A stretch of 63,503 nt of DNA, the filler included, from Chiloscyllium plagiosum (taxonomy: Eukaryota), in NCBI RefSeq assembly GCF_004010195.1. It is 5 parts of one record of this genome, joined end to end, with 100 filler letters (N's around TTAATTAATTAA, not from the genome) between each part and the next. Parts side by side here need not be neighbours in the genome. Positions count along the whole stretch, not along the records: positions 1 to 16,905 come from NC_057712.1; 4 more parts are not named here. One strand, 5' to 3'. The position numbers and the translations under genes are program-made. Of this stretch, positions 1-11,760 are shown piece by piece (position 1 is the stretch's first letter; the number at the start of each line of letters is the position of its first letter). The notes beneath the pieces were generated by a model, which searched no databases, was not told the origin of the DNA, and was given only the letters and a program-made list of their open reading frames with translations.

Positions 1-1825
1 CCCCTCCTCTCTTGCCTCCTTTTCTATCCTTCCTGTAGCATTTGTATCCTGGAACATTCAGCTGCCAGTCCTGCCCATCCTTGAGCCATGTTTCTGTAAT
101 TGCTATGATATCCCAGTCCCATGTTCCTAACCATGCCCTGAGTTCATCTGCCTTCCCTGTTAGGCCCCTTGCATTGAAATAAATGCAGTTTAATTTATGA
201 GTCCTACCTTGTCCCTGCCTGCCCTGACTGTTTGACTTACTTCTGTTCTCAACTGTACTAGTCTCAGATTGATCTCTTTCCTCACTATCTCCCTGGGTCC
301 CACCCCCATCTTACTAATTTAAATCCTACCGAGTAGCTCGAGCAAATCTCCCTGCCAGTATATTAGTCCCCTTCCAATTTAGGTGCAATCCATCCTTCTT
401 GTACAGGTCACTTCTACCTCAAAAGAGTTTTCAATGATCAAAAAAGGGGAATCCTTCTCCCATGCACCAGCTCCTCAGTCATACATTCATCTGCTCTATC
501 CTCCTATTCCTGCCCTCACTAGCTCGTAGCACTGGGAGTAATCGAAATATTCCTATTCTCGAGGACCCCCTTTTTAAATTCCTGCCTAACTCCCTGTAAA
601 CTCCCTTCAGAATCTCAACCTTTTCCCTTCCTATGTCTTTGGTTCCAATGTCGACAATGACCTCTTGCTGGCCCCTCTTGCCCGTGAGAACATTCTGCAC
701 CCTCTCTGAGACATCCTTGATCCTGACACCAGGGAAGCAACACACTATTCTGATTTTTCATTGCTGGCCACAGAAATGTCTGTCTGTACCTTGGACTAGA
801 GAGTCCCTAACACAATTAATCTCTTGGAACCCAGCATACCCCTCATTGCATTACAGCCAGTCTCGATACCAGAAACTTGGCTGTTGGTGCTACGTTCCCC
901 TGTGAATCAATCACTCCCTACATTTTCCAAAACAGCGTACTTTTTTGAAATGGGGATAGCTACAGAAGACTCATGCACTAACTGCCTACCTCTCTTATCT
1001 TCCTGGAGTTAACCCCTCTATGTGACTTTTCCCCTCTCCTATATCTGCCATCCATCACATACCATTGCTGTTGCAAACTCCTCATTGCCTCTCATTGTCT
1101 CGCACACTGATCCATTCGATCTGATAGGATTTGTAACCAACAGTATTTATTGCAGATATAATCCACAGTAATCCATAAACTCTCCTTAAACTCCTACATC
1201 TGACAAGAAACACATATCACTCTACCAAAGGCCATTTTTGCTCCTTCAGAAAATAGCACTGTCTTATTTCTCTACAAAACAATGCCCCAGGTTCAATTAA
1301 TAGTTATGGCTTATATGTTAAGTTTAATCAAGTAGTTTTATTTCTTAAAAAATATATAATCAAGAAAGAACTCACTCTACTCACTACTGCAGACTTTCTG
1401 CAGGCCACACTTGAAACTACTCACTTATTTTATTCTGTGCTGTGAATTCGCCCAAACAGTTCCCTCAAGATTAGTTGTGAATTTCACTGTTTGTTAATTT
1501 TCCCAGACACACTCCGATGTCCAGTGATACATGAACTCAAACTGCAAAAGCAGTAACTGCCCTGGTACACTGTGGTGTCAGTTTCTTTCTCTCTCTCTCT
1601 CCTGCACTGACCTGACCATGTGCCTCCTTTGTCTGGTCCTCTCCCTTTTAAAAGTGTTGTTGTTTTGACTTTTTCTTTTTCCAAAGTTTGAAAACAATGC
1701 AACAGCATATAAAAAAGTAATTGCTGCTCCTGGAATTTGAGGAAATCGCCTCCAACACCTAAAATACCTCAATAAAGGAGCAGCTGTTATAGCCAGAAAT
1801 TTTTCCCGTTCTCCATCTTGGATTA
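1..1825 (-). mobile_element. CR1-clade LINE, 5' portion (5'UTR plus decayed ORF1 with SGNH/esterase-like domain)
   Basis: ORF 479-745 (CFPGVRIKDVSERVQNVL...VIVDIGTKDIG...LLPVLRASEGRNRRIEQMN) matches the esterase-like ORF1 of CR1 elements. The 5'UTR (about 1230-1825) recurs at 17320-17910. Confidence 0.85.
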
Positions 1826-1927
1826 AGCTATTGAGCAGCCTTTCACCAGTCACACTGCAGGGTAGCACTGAGGTTGGCCACACAAAAGTGCTAGACAGGC
1901 TCAAGGGAAAATCACAAGTATTGTGAT

Positions 1928-2144
1928 TGTAACAAAGTCAGCCAGTTGGATATTGTAGAATATGAGTTGGGGCTGTTAATCTGGTCCAATCAGGGAGCCC
2001 TGTCTGACAGATATAAACAGGAGTGTCAGAGGTTCTGTTCATTCTCAGAGCTGGCTCTGAGGGAACTGGATCAGTATCAAGGACTCCCCATGTGTATAAA
2101 GCGTGACATGGTTACAGGATACCAGCCTCTGTGGAGATTTTTCA
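1928..2144 (+). mobile_element. Short solo LTR (Gypsy-type), TATA site unoccupied
   Basis: TGTAAC...TTTCA termini, CCAAT at 1986-1990 and ATATAAACAGGAGTGTC at 2011-2027. Its 3' end (GGATACCAGCCTCTGTGGAGATTTTTCA) is homologous to the reverse complement of 11264-11300. TSD is imperfect (gtgat/gtaag). Confidence 0.75.
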
Positions 2145-3839
2145 GTAAGGATCAATAGTTGAATATTGCCCATTATTGGAAACGGTATTGAATCAAGCTT
2201 GTATGATACATTTGGTTTGGCACATGTCTTATTGTAAGATTTCAGGATGAGAGGATGATGGGATGGTCTATGACAAAGAATTTGAAAATGGGAAATTGCG
2301 GAAAAACATTGCTCTGGAGATTTTTTTCAGGGTTCTGCACTGTCGGAAATCTAATCTAATCGAAACCGGAAACTAATAATAAATCATCCAGTATGAAATT
2401 GACACAAGCGCATCCTCCTGTCTTCCAACTCCTCCTCCTAGGCTGATCACAAAAGGCCTGTGCCCGCATGGTGTTCAAGTTCTCAACAGTAAAACAGACT
2501 ATCACCGAGGTGGGTTGCACTCATGCAGCAAATCTGATGCTTCAGGTTGGAGATAGTCCACTCCATAACAAGTGACAGCATTGTTTTCACTGCAGGTGCA
2601 CTGTCTACATGAGATTAGACAGCAGGTAATTAGTAATGAAGCTGGTCATGAGCAACCACCTTCATTCAATCTGATCACTCACTGCTGGCAGGACCTGGTA
2701 CAGGGTGATTATGGTGTTACTGGTGCCAAGTTAGCAACATGATGGGATTTGGCATGGCTGGGCATGAAATGTACCTTCAGGAAATAGAAAATCTGTTGTA
2801 GGAAGTCCCACCCTTGCGACATGCCACCTACACATAATCAGGGTCCCTGCACCACTGGGAAATCAATAATCCTGTGCCTCTTTTTCCTACTTCTCATTGC
2901 TTTGTGAGAAATTTAATGCAATCTTCTAACCACATTGCAAGATCTCAACGACCTCCCTGATGCTTAGCAAATGGAGAAATGATGCCAATTTCTCCAGCCA
3001 AACCTGAAAGGATCTTAATGTGCATAAACAAAGAGTCATAGTGAACTGGGCACTCACTGGCAGTGTTATCCACCTTCTGTCCTGACACTGCAAATCAGGT
3101 TCAAGGAAGTAACAGAATTTGAAAAGATAACAGAGACTGTTCTTGGGTTGAAGTAGAATTATGAAAACAATCTCTGAGAACTCTTGGCGAACATGATCTT
3201 CTATTGCAAGTCATCTTCCTTGTCTTCCTGTCAATTTTTTTTCTCTGCTGCCTTTGTTCTGTTTTCAGTTCTTATTGCTATCCAAGAGGAACAGCAATTA
3301 AAACTCTCATGATATGGAGAAACAAGTTTTCTGCTCAGAGATCATCACAACTTACATTGTTCAATCCAAAGTACCTTCTGACTGAAAGAACTTCCATTAA
3401 CCTCAACCATCAAAGGCCTCAAACCTTTCACTCACAGTTCAGCAGCAAAACAATGACAAAAACACCTTATCTGAAAGCCCCAAGGTGATCACCTTGAATA
3501 GATGAGTTGGTGGAGGGGGAAGAGTGTCATGTTCATCATGTAGCTGAAAACCTGTTCAGTTCTACACGTTTTCATGAAGCTCTTAACAGAACCTGCAGAG
3601 TACAAAATGGCAAACTATTTATCAAATCAATGGTAGCCCCTGACTGACATTTGAATGGGCCATGTTGGACATTATCAAGAACAGATGTTTTCACTATTTC
3701 TTCTTCTCTAGCCTTCCAAAACATTGCAGTGTTAGAACCTGAAAGGAATGTTCTCACCTGTTCTCATTGCTAATACTTACAGCATCAGATCACAAAGATG
3801 TTAGTTTCTCACAATCCCTGTGCAACTTTATTTAGTCAC

Positions 3840-4330
3840 TCACTGGCTAGGGCAGCATTTACTACCCTTCACAAAGAGATGGTGGTGAACTACCTTCTTG
3901 AACCACTGCAATTCATTTGCTGTAGGTAGACTCACTGTCTCATTAGGAATAGAATTCCAGGATTGTGACCCAACAACACTGAAGGAACAGCAATACATTT
4001 GGATGTCAGGATGGTGAGCAACTTAGAGGGGAACTTGCACGTGGTGATGTTCCCCTGTATCTGCTGCCTTTGCTTTTCTGGATGGCCATGGTCATGGGCT
4101 TGGAAGGTGCTGCCGATGAAGCCTTGATGGATTTTTGTGGTGTGTCTTGTAGAAGATGATAGAAGAAGTGAATGGTTATGGATGTAATAGCAATCTGGCA
4201 GACTGCGTTGTCCTGGATGGTGTCAAACGTCTTCAATGTTGTTGGAACTCCACTCACTAGGCAACTGGGGAGTATTCCATCGCACTCATGACTTGTGCCT
4301 TGTAGATGGTGGACAGTCTTTCGGGACTGT
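3840..4330 (-). mobile_element. L2-type LINE 3' fragment
   Basis: Decayed ORF 4006-4257 (PTTLKTFDTIQDNAVCQI...) and 3' terminus ggctagggcagcattt. A related plus-strand L2-like 3' end is at about 49445-49610. Confidence 0.6.
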
Positions 4331-4634
4331 CTTATCTCTCCACCACTGAAACTCCCAACCTCATTCCTGATGAAGGGCTTTTGCCTGAAACATCGATTTT
4401 TCCTGCTCCTCGGATGCTGCCTGACCTGCTGTGTTTTTCCAGCACCACTCTAATCTTGAGTCTTTCGGGAGTCAAGCGATGAGTTACTTGCTACAAGATT
4501 CCTGGCCTCTGATCTTTTCTTATTGGCACAGAGCTCCTTGGTCATGCAATATTATAAACTTTGCTAATGTAAATTATAAAGGAGAACATTCTGGGAGACT
4601 GTGTCCATTTTTAACATTAAAGAACAAGTCATGT

Positions 4635-4715
4635 GGGCGGCACGGTGGCACAGTTGTTAGCACTGCTGCCTCACAGCGCCAGAGACCCGGGTTCAATTCC
4701 CGCCTCAGGCGACTG
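4635..4715 (+). mobile_element. HE1/V-SINE 5' (tRNA-derived) head only, flanked by a 45-bp direct duplication
   Basis: GGGCGGCACGGTGGCACAGTTGTTAGCACTGCTGCCTCACAGCGCCAGAGACCCGGGTTCAATTCCC contains Pol III A and B boxes. 4590-4634 is identical to 4716-4760. Confidence 0.9.
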
Positions 4716-5143
4716 TCTGGGAGACTGTGTCCATTTTTAACATTAAAGAACAAGTCATGTAATATACTAATCTCTTATCTTGCAGCTGCCTGTCAGGCTG
4801 TGGAAAAAGTAAACACTATTTTAAGCAAAATGGATTGTAAAAATTAACTTGCAAATAATTACTTGTCAATGAATCTTTATTTAAATCAGAGGAACTTTTC
4901 AAAATTACCACTGACAAAGCAACATCAATAACCCTGCAGGTATCAGCTGTCCAATGCTCCATATGACATACCTAGAAAATAAAGCTGCTTCTTAAAACAT
5001 TGGACAGATTTTCTGAGTAGTAGAAAGCAAATACAGACTGCTGCTCTGTTTGTTCTTTTTAATAAAATAAAAGAACTCTGATTTTCTAGCACATATTCTG
5101 ATCAAGACTCTTCCAAAAATGCCAATTCACATTTCTATTCTGT

Positions 5144-5246
5144 TAGCTCCCTTGTAATGTGGAACAGTTGGGATAGCTCCCTTGTAATGTGGAACAGTTG
5201 GGATAGCTGGATAGCTCCCTTGTAATGTGGAACAGTTGGGATAGCT
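5144..5246. repeat. About 29-bp tandem repeat, 3 copies
   Basis: TAGCTCCCTTGTAATGTGGAACAGTTGGGA occurs three times, with a short insert between copies 2 and 3. Confidence 0.9.
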
Positions 5247-5870
5247 CTGTATTTCACAGCTGTCACTTGCTTTGTTCTGTAATTTAAGGGTGCAGACAAC
5301 CACTGTTGTGAGGGTGAGCACATGAAGTAAGTGTGAGGTTAGGGTCCTGGGGGGAGAGGGTACCAGTTGTCGGTGGGTATGGTGTTAAGTCAATAAAATG
5401 CCAGGTGAGCAGTGAGAGGATGCCAATTCAAAAGGGTGCCAGGAAAGTGGTGTATCAGATCAGTAGCGTGCCAAGTAGGTAGGGTGCAAAGGATAGGGCA
5501 ACAGGTGGACAGGGGGCTGGTAGGTAGAATGTCAGGGTATAATGTATGTCAGAGCGGGTGGAGGAAATTGGTCCGGGGGAGCCTGGAGGCTGTGATGTGT
5601 CTCCTTGAAATATGAGATGCTGTTCCTTAAGCTTACAATGAGCTTCACTGGAACACTGCAGGAGAGCAAAGATAGAGCTGTCAGCTTAAGAGCAAAGTGA
5701 AGAATTCAAATGTCAGGTGAGACAAAGCTTGAGGTCATGCCTGGTTCTTAAACAATGATGTACTGAGAAGCTGTCGCCCATTTTGCGTCCCCATGTAAGA
5801 GACCATAACCTGAACATTAACCCAACTGCATTGGGAGCTGCAAATACAGTGGACCAAATTGAAATGAAGT

Positions 5871-6037
5871 CGAGAATGTGGTGCTGGAAAAGCACAGCAG
5901 GCTGGGCAGCATCCCGAGGAGCAGGCTTTTGCCTGAAATGTCGATTCACCTGCTCCTCAGATGCTGCCTGACCTGCTGTGCTTTTCCAGCACCACACTCT
6001 CGACTTTAATCTCCAGCATCTGCAGTCCTCACTTTCG
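5871..6037. mobile_element. Inverted pair of Penelope-like element termini inserted into an older Penelope GIY-YIG remnant
   Basis: Arms GTGGTGCTGGAAAAGCACAGCAGG / CCTGCTGTGCTTTTCCAGCACCAC. A 17-bp direct repeat CCAAATTGAAATGAAGT sits at 5854-5870 and 6038-6054. The flank reads FKVKYQFMYTSF, resembling the FQVKQRFTCTS lead-in of Penelope endonucleases. Confidence 0.75.
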
Positions 6038-8625
6038 CCAAATTGAAATGAAGTATACATAAATTGGTACTTCACCTTGAAGAAGTCTTTGGATCTTACA
6101 GCATTATTTCCTTTGGCTGTGGAATGCCAACCCATTTCATTAAATATCCTCTGGTCTTCCACCTTAACATAGAATTTCTTTTTATCCTCGTCCTATCTAA
6201 CGATACCCTGTTTAAAACCTACCATCTCTCTAATTTGATCCAGTTCTGATGTAAAGTTACAGACTTGAAATGTTGATGCAATTTCTCTCTCCACAAACGT
6301 CTTCACTCTCTCCACTCAGTCCAAGCGGCTGAGTATTTCCAGCATTTTCTGTTATTATTTCCTCCAGCAACATGCTAAATTCGATGAGCTCTGGGATCTG
6401 ATGCTCCTATTGTTATACCTGATTCGGTAAACTTGCCAGTGTACAGTATGGGAGTAGATGATTTGCCCAACAGACTAAAACATGAGATAGCAAATCAATA
6501 GCTTTAATTACAATCACTCCCTGATCTTCCTCTTTAAAGTCAATGGGAAAATCCAGGAAAGGTGTAGGAAAGGCTGATTGATCCTTATTGCCACTTTACA
6601 GCATTACAAAGAGTCACAAACTATCCTGAGGAGTCCGTGATGTTATGTATTTGTATTTGCTTATGTCATCAAGTGAGCTGTAAACAGGATGACAAGGTTG
6701 TGACTGGCAATATGAATCAATAAAATCCAGTGCAGAATTGTCAATTAAATCTTCTCAACTCCATAATGATTACCTTTCAATAATGATGTGCATCAGCAGT
6801 GTTCATCCACTAGAATGCATGTGAAGAAATGACTGGGAAGTCATTAACATGGAAAATTAATATACGTGCTAGAATTCCTTATATCAAGCATGTCATATGG
6901 AGCACAATTAAATATCTGAGTAAGAAACATTAGCATTCACTAAGTCTGTCAATCATAATCATCATCACCACCAACTTACTTTTAAAAATGGATTGAATTA
7001 GTAATACTGAGTAAATATTGCAAATCCAATTTTCCCATTTAATGGGTTGCTACGTCAGGCACAAAGGAGCCCAACTTGTGTCTATCTGCTAAATCAGAAT
7101 CTTTCGCTTCTGAGAAAGGCTGGGAACTAATGGTATGCAAATAGAATGCTAATTTGTGAGAAATGTACCCTTAATGCTTCAGATGGCTTGAATGCCCTTA
7201 GCCAAATGCAGTAGATAGAAAGATCATGCTTGAATAAATGCTATTAATTTCCCCTACCTTCAGGATAATTTCTGAACTATTCCAAACCAAGTCTTGTCGT
7301 TGCTGCTGTTATACCCTGGCAGAAGTGTCCCTTATAAATTGGACCAGGAGTTGAAAAAGTAGTTCAAGAAACAAAAGCAATCTGTCCTCATTCAAGTTTG
7401 GCAGATGAAGGGATGGGGATGGATGGTGGAATTTCTGAATTAATCCATTCTTAGAAATGAGTATGAGCATTTTCTGAACATTACAATCACAAAAATCACC
7501 TACCGATGTTGTTGAAGTCATACAGTGGATCTAGTAAAGGAATCTGTGGTGCTCTGAAAATTTCTAAATGGTACAGCTATTTCAAATTGAATTTGCCTCA
7601 GGCAAATTTCATTAAAAGCTGCCATACACAATTTCCTCCGATAGGAAAGTGATTTCCATACCCGTTTTGCATGTCACAACAGTAAGTTTGCTACCATGGG
7701 AGGTTTCAATGTCAAATGTTTTACACCATGCCTGTCAGAGGTTCACATATATCTGCATTTCACACGGTCGCCGCTGTTGTACATTTGTGCCGCTTGTTAA
7801 ACTATGGTACTTAAAAGTCTTTTTTTTTGCTTTCATTATGCAATGAACCCTTCAGGAACAGATGGTGGAGGTGAGGGAGGGTGCCAAGCATTGGACATCA
7901 AGCTGTTGTGCTGAGACCTCCACCAGCAGGTGGCAACAGTGAGTGAGGACTGTTCAGAAACAGCTGAATGGAACCCCTCTGGGGAAAAAAAGAAGGGTCT
8001 TTGGAAGAACAAGGACTCAAAAACTTCCTCAACCCAATGTAAACCACAGTTTTCAATCCATGTAAATACTTCCTTGTTTAACCTGAATTTCCATTCATGT
8101 TTGTAATTACTGGATGGCAGTAGAATAAAGAATCCTTGTTTCATGATATTCAGGCCTTCTTTTCATTTAAAATCTCGTGTCAAAATTGTAATTATTTTAA
8201 ACAAGTTTTGAGATGGAAAGCCAAGGGCAAAAAGGACCAAATTCAGCAACCGAAATCCCTCACTCTAACTATTCCCCTGACAACTCACCACTGAGATTCT
8301 ACCACTCGGTGGCTCAAGGTGGTTCCTGGCCTGGTATCTCGGTGGTATAACAGCTGGTCTCTCGGTGGCTCATGGTGGTGTCTCGGCTTGGCATGTGAGT
8401 GGATCTTGCCCGAGCATGTTCCCCGAGGCACAGGGGAGATCGGCGAGGCAGCAGTTCAAGCAGAAGCGATGGTTGCTCCATGGCAGCTCAGGTCTCCCTG
8501 GAGAATAAGATAAGCGGAGAACGCATCAAAGGTGGTTGAGCTTTTAACTTATTCCTATATTTTCCTGGTTTAAGCTATGAAAGACTTTGATGTTAAATAT
8601 TACCTTATTTCTTTATTTTTCCATA

Positions 8626-9175
8626 AGACCATAAAACCATATGACATAGGTGTGGAAGTAAGGCCATTCAGCCCATCGAGTCCAATCCACCGTTTAATCA
8701 TGGCTGATGGGCATTTCAATTCCACTTGCCTGCTCTCTCCCCGTAGCCCTTAAATCCTTGCAAGATCAAGAATTTATCAATCTCTGCCTTGAAGACATTT
8801 AACGTCCCGGCCTCCACTTCGTTCTGTGGCAATGAATTCCACAGGCCAACCACTCTCTGTCTGAAGAAATGTCTCCTCATTTCTTTTCTAAATTTTCCCC
8901 CTCTAATTCTAAGTCTGTGCCCATGGGTCCTAGTCTTCCTGCCTAACGGAAACATGTTCCCAGCGTCCACCCTTTCTAAGCCATGCATTATCTTGTATGT
9001 TTCTATTAGATCTCCCATCAACCTTCTAAACTCTAATGAATACAATCCCAGGCCATTCATCATATGTTAGGCCTGCCATTCCAGGGATCATCCGTGTGAA
9101 TCTACGCTGGACACGCTCCAGTGCAAGTATGTCCTTCCTGAGGTGTGGGGCCCAAAATTGGACACAGTATTCTGA
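8626..9175 (-). mobile_element. CR1 LINE ORF2 3' end plus 3'UTR
   Basis: ORF 8716-9063 (LGLYSLEFRRLMGDLIETYKIM...TRTHG..L...FRQRVVGLWNSLP...FKAEIDKFL) and a short tandem-repeat tail (ccataagaccataaaaccatatgacat). Confidence 0.9.
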
Positions 9176-9959
9176 ATGAAGAGCCTACGCTTGAAACATC
9201 AACTCTCCTGCTTCCCGAATGCTGCCTGACCGGCTGCGCTTTTCCAGAACCACACTTTACGACTCACCTTACATGAGCGAGAATGGCTCACCCTATCTTC
9301 CATACTTCAACTTCGGCACCCTGAATGAATGACAAGGCATTTGTCATTCAACAGAAAAGATTGAGAGAGAAGTAGAGTTAAGATTGGAGCTGAGGGAAAA
9401 CTTTTCATCAAGATAGAGTTTATAAACATTTGAGGAAACTCAAAATTCCAGAGCTTTTCTATCCAGAGACAGACAAATTAATTCGGCCCATCACATATTT
9501 CCAAAACTCTAATGAATACAATCCCAGGCCATTCATCATATGTTAGGCCTGCCATTCCAGGGATCATCCGTGTGAATCTACGCTGGACACGTTCCAGTGC
9601 AAGTATGTCCTTCCTGAGGTTTGGGGCCCAAAATTGGACACAGTATTCTGAATGAAGAGCCTACGCTTGAAACATCAACTCTCCTGCTTCCCGAATGCTG
9701 CCTGACCAGAACCACACTTTACGACTCACCTTACATGAGCGAGAATGGCTCACCCTATCTCCCATACTTCGGCACTCTGAATGAATGACAAGGCATTTGT
9801 CATTCAACAGAAAAGATTGAGAGAGAAGTAGAGTTAAGATTGGAGCTGAGGGAAAACTTTTCATCAAGATAGAGTTTATAAACATTTGAGGAAACTCAAA
9901 ATTCCAGAGCTTTTCTATCCAGAGACAGACAAATTAATTCGGCCCATCACATATTTCCA
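9029..9959. repeat. Direct tandem duplication, unit about 470 bp
   Basis: 9029-9503 is repeated at 9504-9959 (aactctaatgaatacaatcccagg...cacatatttcca). Copy 2 has two small deletions. Confidence 0.9.
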
Positions 9960-11263
9960 GACTTAAGTTCCTCTGGAGAATGGCTTGATTTTACAATCTT
10001 CTAATTCAAAACTGAGAATGGTTCCACTGTACCAAACCTGACCCTCATACGATGTCATTAAAATTAAATGAGAATTGTTCTCTATCCTCCTTGCAAATGA
10101 GAATGTTGCCATTTGAAATTAAATTTTAAAAGTTTCATTAAGTTAAGATTACAATTTTTATGCACTTCTTGCTGTTCATTTTTCACTTGCCATCTCTATG
10201 AGTTTTGGCCAAGGGGCAATATCTTTTGACCCAATTATTTGCTCTGCTCTGGTCCAATGTAGCTTCTTCTCTGTTTATGCCACTGGCTACATTAACCTCG
10301 GTTTTAGATCTAAAGGTAGCAATTTAAGCTAAATATCTGTACTTTGTTACTTGGCCTGCCTAGTCCCTAACTAAAACTTCCCACCCCACAAACTAAGCTT
10401 GATCCCAACCTCCCAAGTGTTGAACTCCCAACTTTGCTGCCTCTATCAGCCCTAGGCTCAGAGTAAAAAACTCCAAATCTTGCTCTCTGATTGTGTAACA
10501 GCTTTGGGAGGACAGGAATATAGTCATAGTTTCTCAAACCTTGACATCCCAAAACTGATGGCTAACAATGAGAAATCAATGCTGCCCATCAAAATCTCAA
10601 ACCACAAAGTCCTTGTCCAAAGCTTCCGAACCTAAAATTAAAAAATAAATCCATGCTTATCTCAGTGAGACTTTAAACACTTTTTGTCTTATTGTGAAAT
10701 ATTTAAAACAGGGTAAATAAAAAGTAAAGAAAGAAGCTTTATATAACCATGGACACCATTTATTATGTCGGACACATGTTGAGTGGTCTGTTTCTTTCTT
10801 GCAAAGGTGTGTACCTGAGGATGGTGATGTAACATTATTTTAAGATGGAAATACTCATCTGCAAGTCACCAGGACGTGGAACATGTGACTAGCAGCCATT
10901 ATCTAGCTTACAGCGCACAATGTTAAAGAGCGTAGCCGTGTTTTGTTTCTCACAGGAGTTGAAATTTTATAAAAGCCTGTATGTTGACCAATCCAGTAGC
11001 AGGTCTTCAAATAAAGAGAACACATATCCATTTTTTTTGTGAGTAAACACACAACCATGACAGCAGGCACTTTGAGTGTAACTTTGCTCGACTGATGCCA
11101 CATTACAGAGATACCTAAAAGGGAAACGGAAAAGCCATCTTTGAATCTACCAAGCAGGAAAAGAAACATTAAAAGTCAGTTATTTAGGCAATATAGGGAA
11201 CAATGAAGAAAAACAAGAAATTGCTAGCCCTTGGAAACAACATTAAAAATGGAGAAAAGTAGC

Positions 11264-11397
11264 TGAAATAACTGCACAGAGGCTGGTATCCCATCACCAG
11301 GTCACCTTTTATTGATAAGTGCACAGTACATAGTCTACAACTAAGCTGCTCAGAGACAGTCCCTAGAATGAGGAGATTCTCTAAATCCCCTATTTAT
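11264..11397 (-). mobile_element. 3' half of a Gypsy-type LTR, truncated at its TATA box (host of the insertion array)
   Basis: Reverse complement reads ATAAATAGGGGATTTAGAG...AATAAAAGGTGACCTGGTGATGGGATACCAGCCTCTGTGCAGTTATTTCA. It is collinear with the solo LTR at 1928-2144 from the TATA box to the terminal CA. Confidence 0.8.
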
Positions 11398-11760
11398 TTA
11401 TTTTTTTAACCATTTGACAACTTTTATTTATTTATATCAGCAGCTGTGCCATATAGCTTCACAATTTGTGCACTTGATAGAAAGTTTCACTGCAAGTTTT
11501 GACCCCAAGCATGTTTACTTTCATCTTTCCCTTACTCAAATCACAAAGTTAATACCCCATGTAAAAAGATAGTACCAAAAACCTGGCTCCATTCAATAAA
11601 AGTAGACAAAAACATTCACTTGTGAAAAGAATGTGATTTGTAGGTAGTCTTAGAGGCACACTGATTTCCAAGTGGTGGATCTTTTAGCTGCTGCTCTCTC
11701 CCAGGGTGTGCTTGTCAAGCAGGTACTCTGCCATGCCATTCTGGGGAGCTCCCATACATA
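11398..11760 (-). pseudogene. FTH1: 5'-truncated processed pseudogene (retrocopy) of ferritin heavy chain: last 23 codons, 3'UTR and poly(A)
   Basis: 11755 to 11684 translates [23 protein letters not shown], the C-terminus of vertebrate ferritin H (consensus MGAP..G.AEYLFDKHTLG). It is followed by about 275 nt of UTR, AATAAA (11423-11432) and an A tail (11401-11407). Too short to be in the ORF track. Confidence 0.9.

Larger units (their letters stand above)
3200..7700 (-). pseudogene. Highly decayed P-element/THAP9-like DNA transposase relic, interrupted by later insertions
   Basis: Collinear, frameshifted motifs read by eye on the minus strand: THAP-like start (MVA..CC/VTCKTG, about 7660-7697), IFNCAPY..IRNSSTYINFP (about 6850-6915), CILVDE (6802-6819), VLLF...QQSVFAFYYS (about 5020-5085), AILYSAGSVKSFMKTC (about 3565-3615) and a basic C-terminus RKKIDRKTRKM (about 3210-3245). 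Confidence 0.4.

Noticed and set aside
11684..11755. Last exon of a functional ferritin gene
   Set aside because: No splice acceptor or upstream exons. It begins abruptly after another element's A tail and ends in a genomic A tail.
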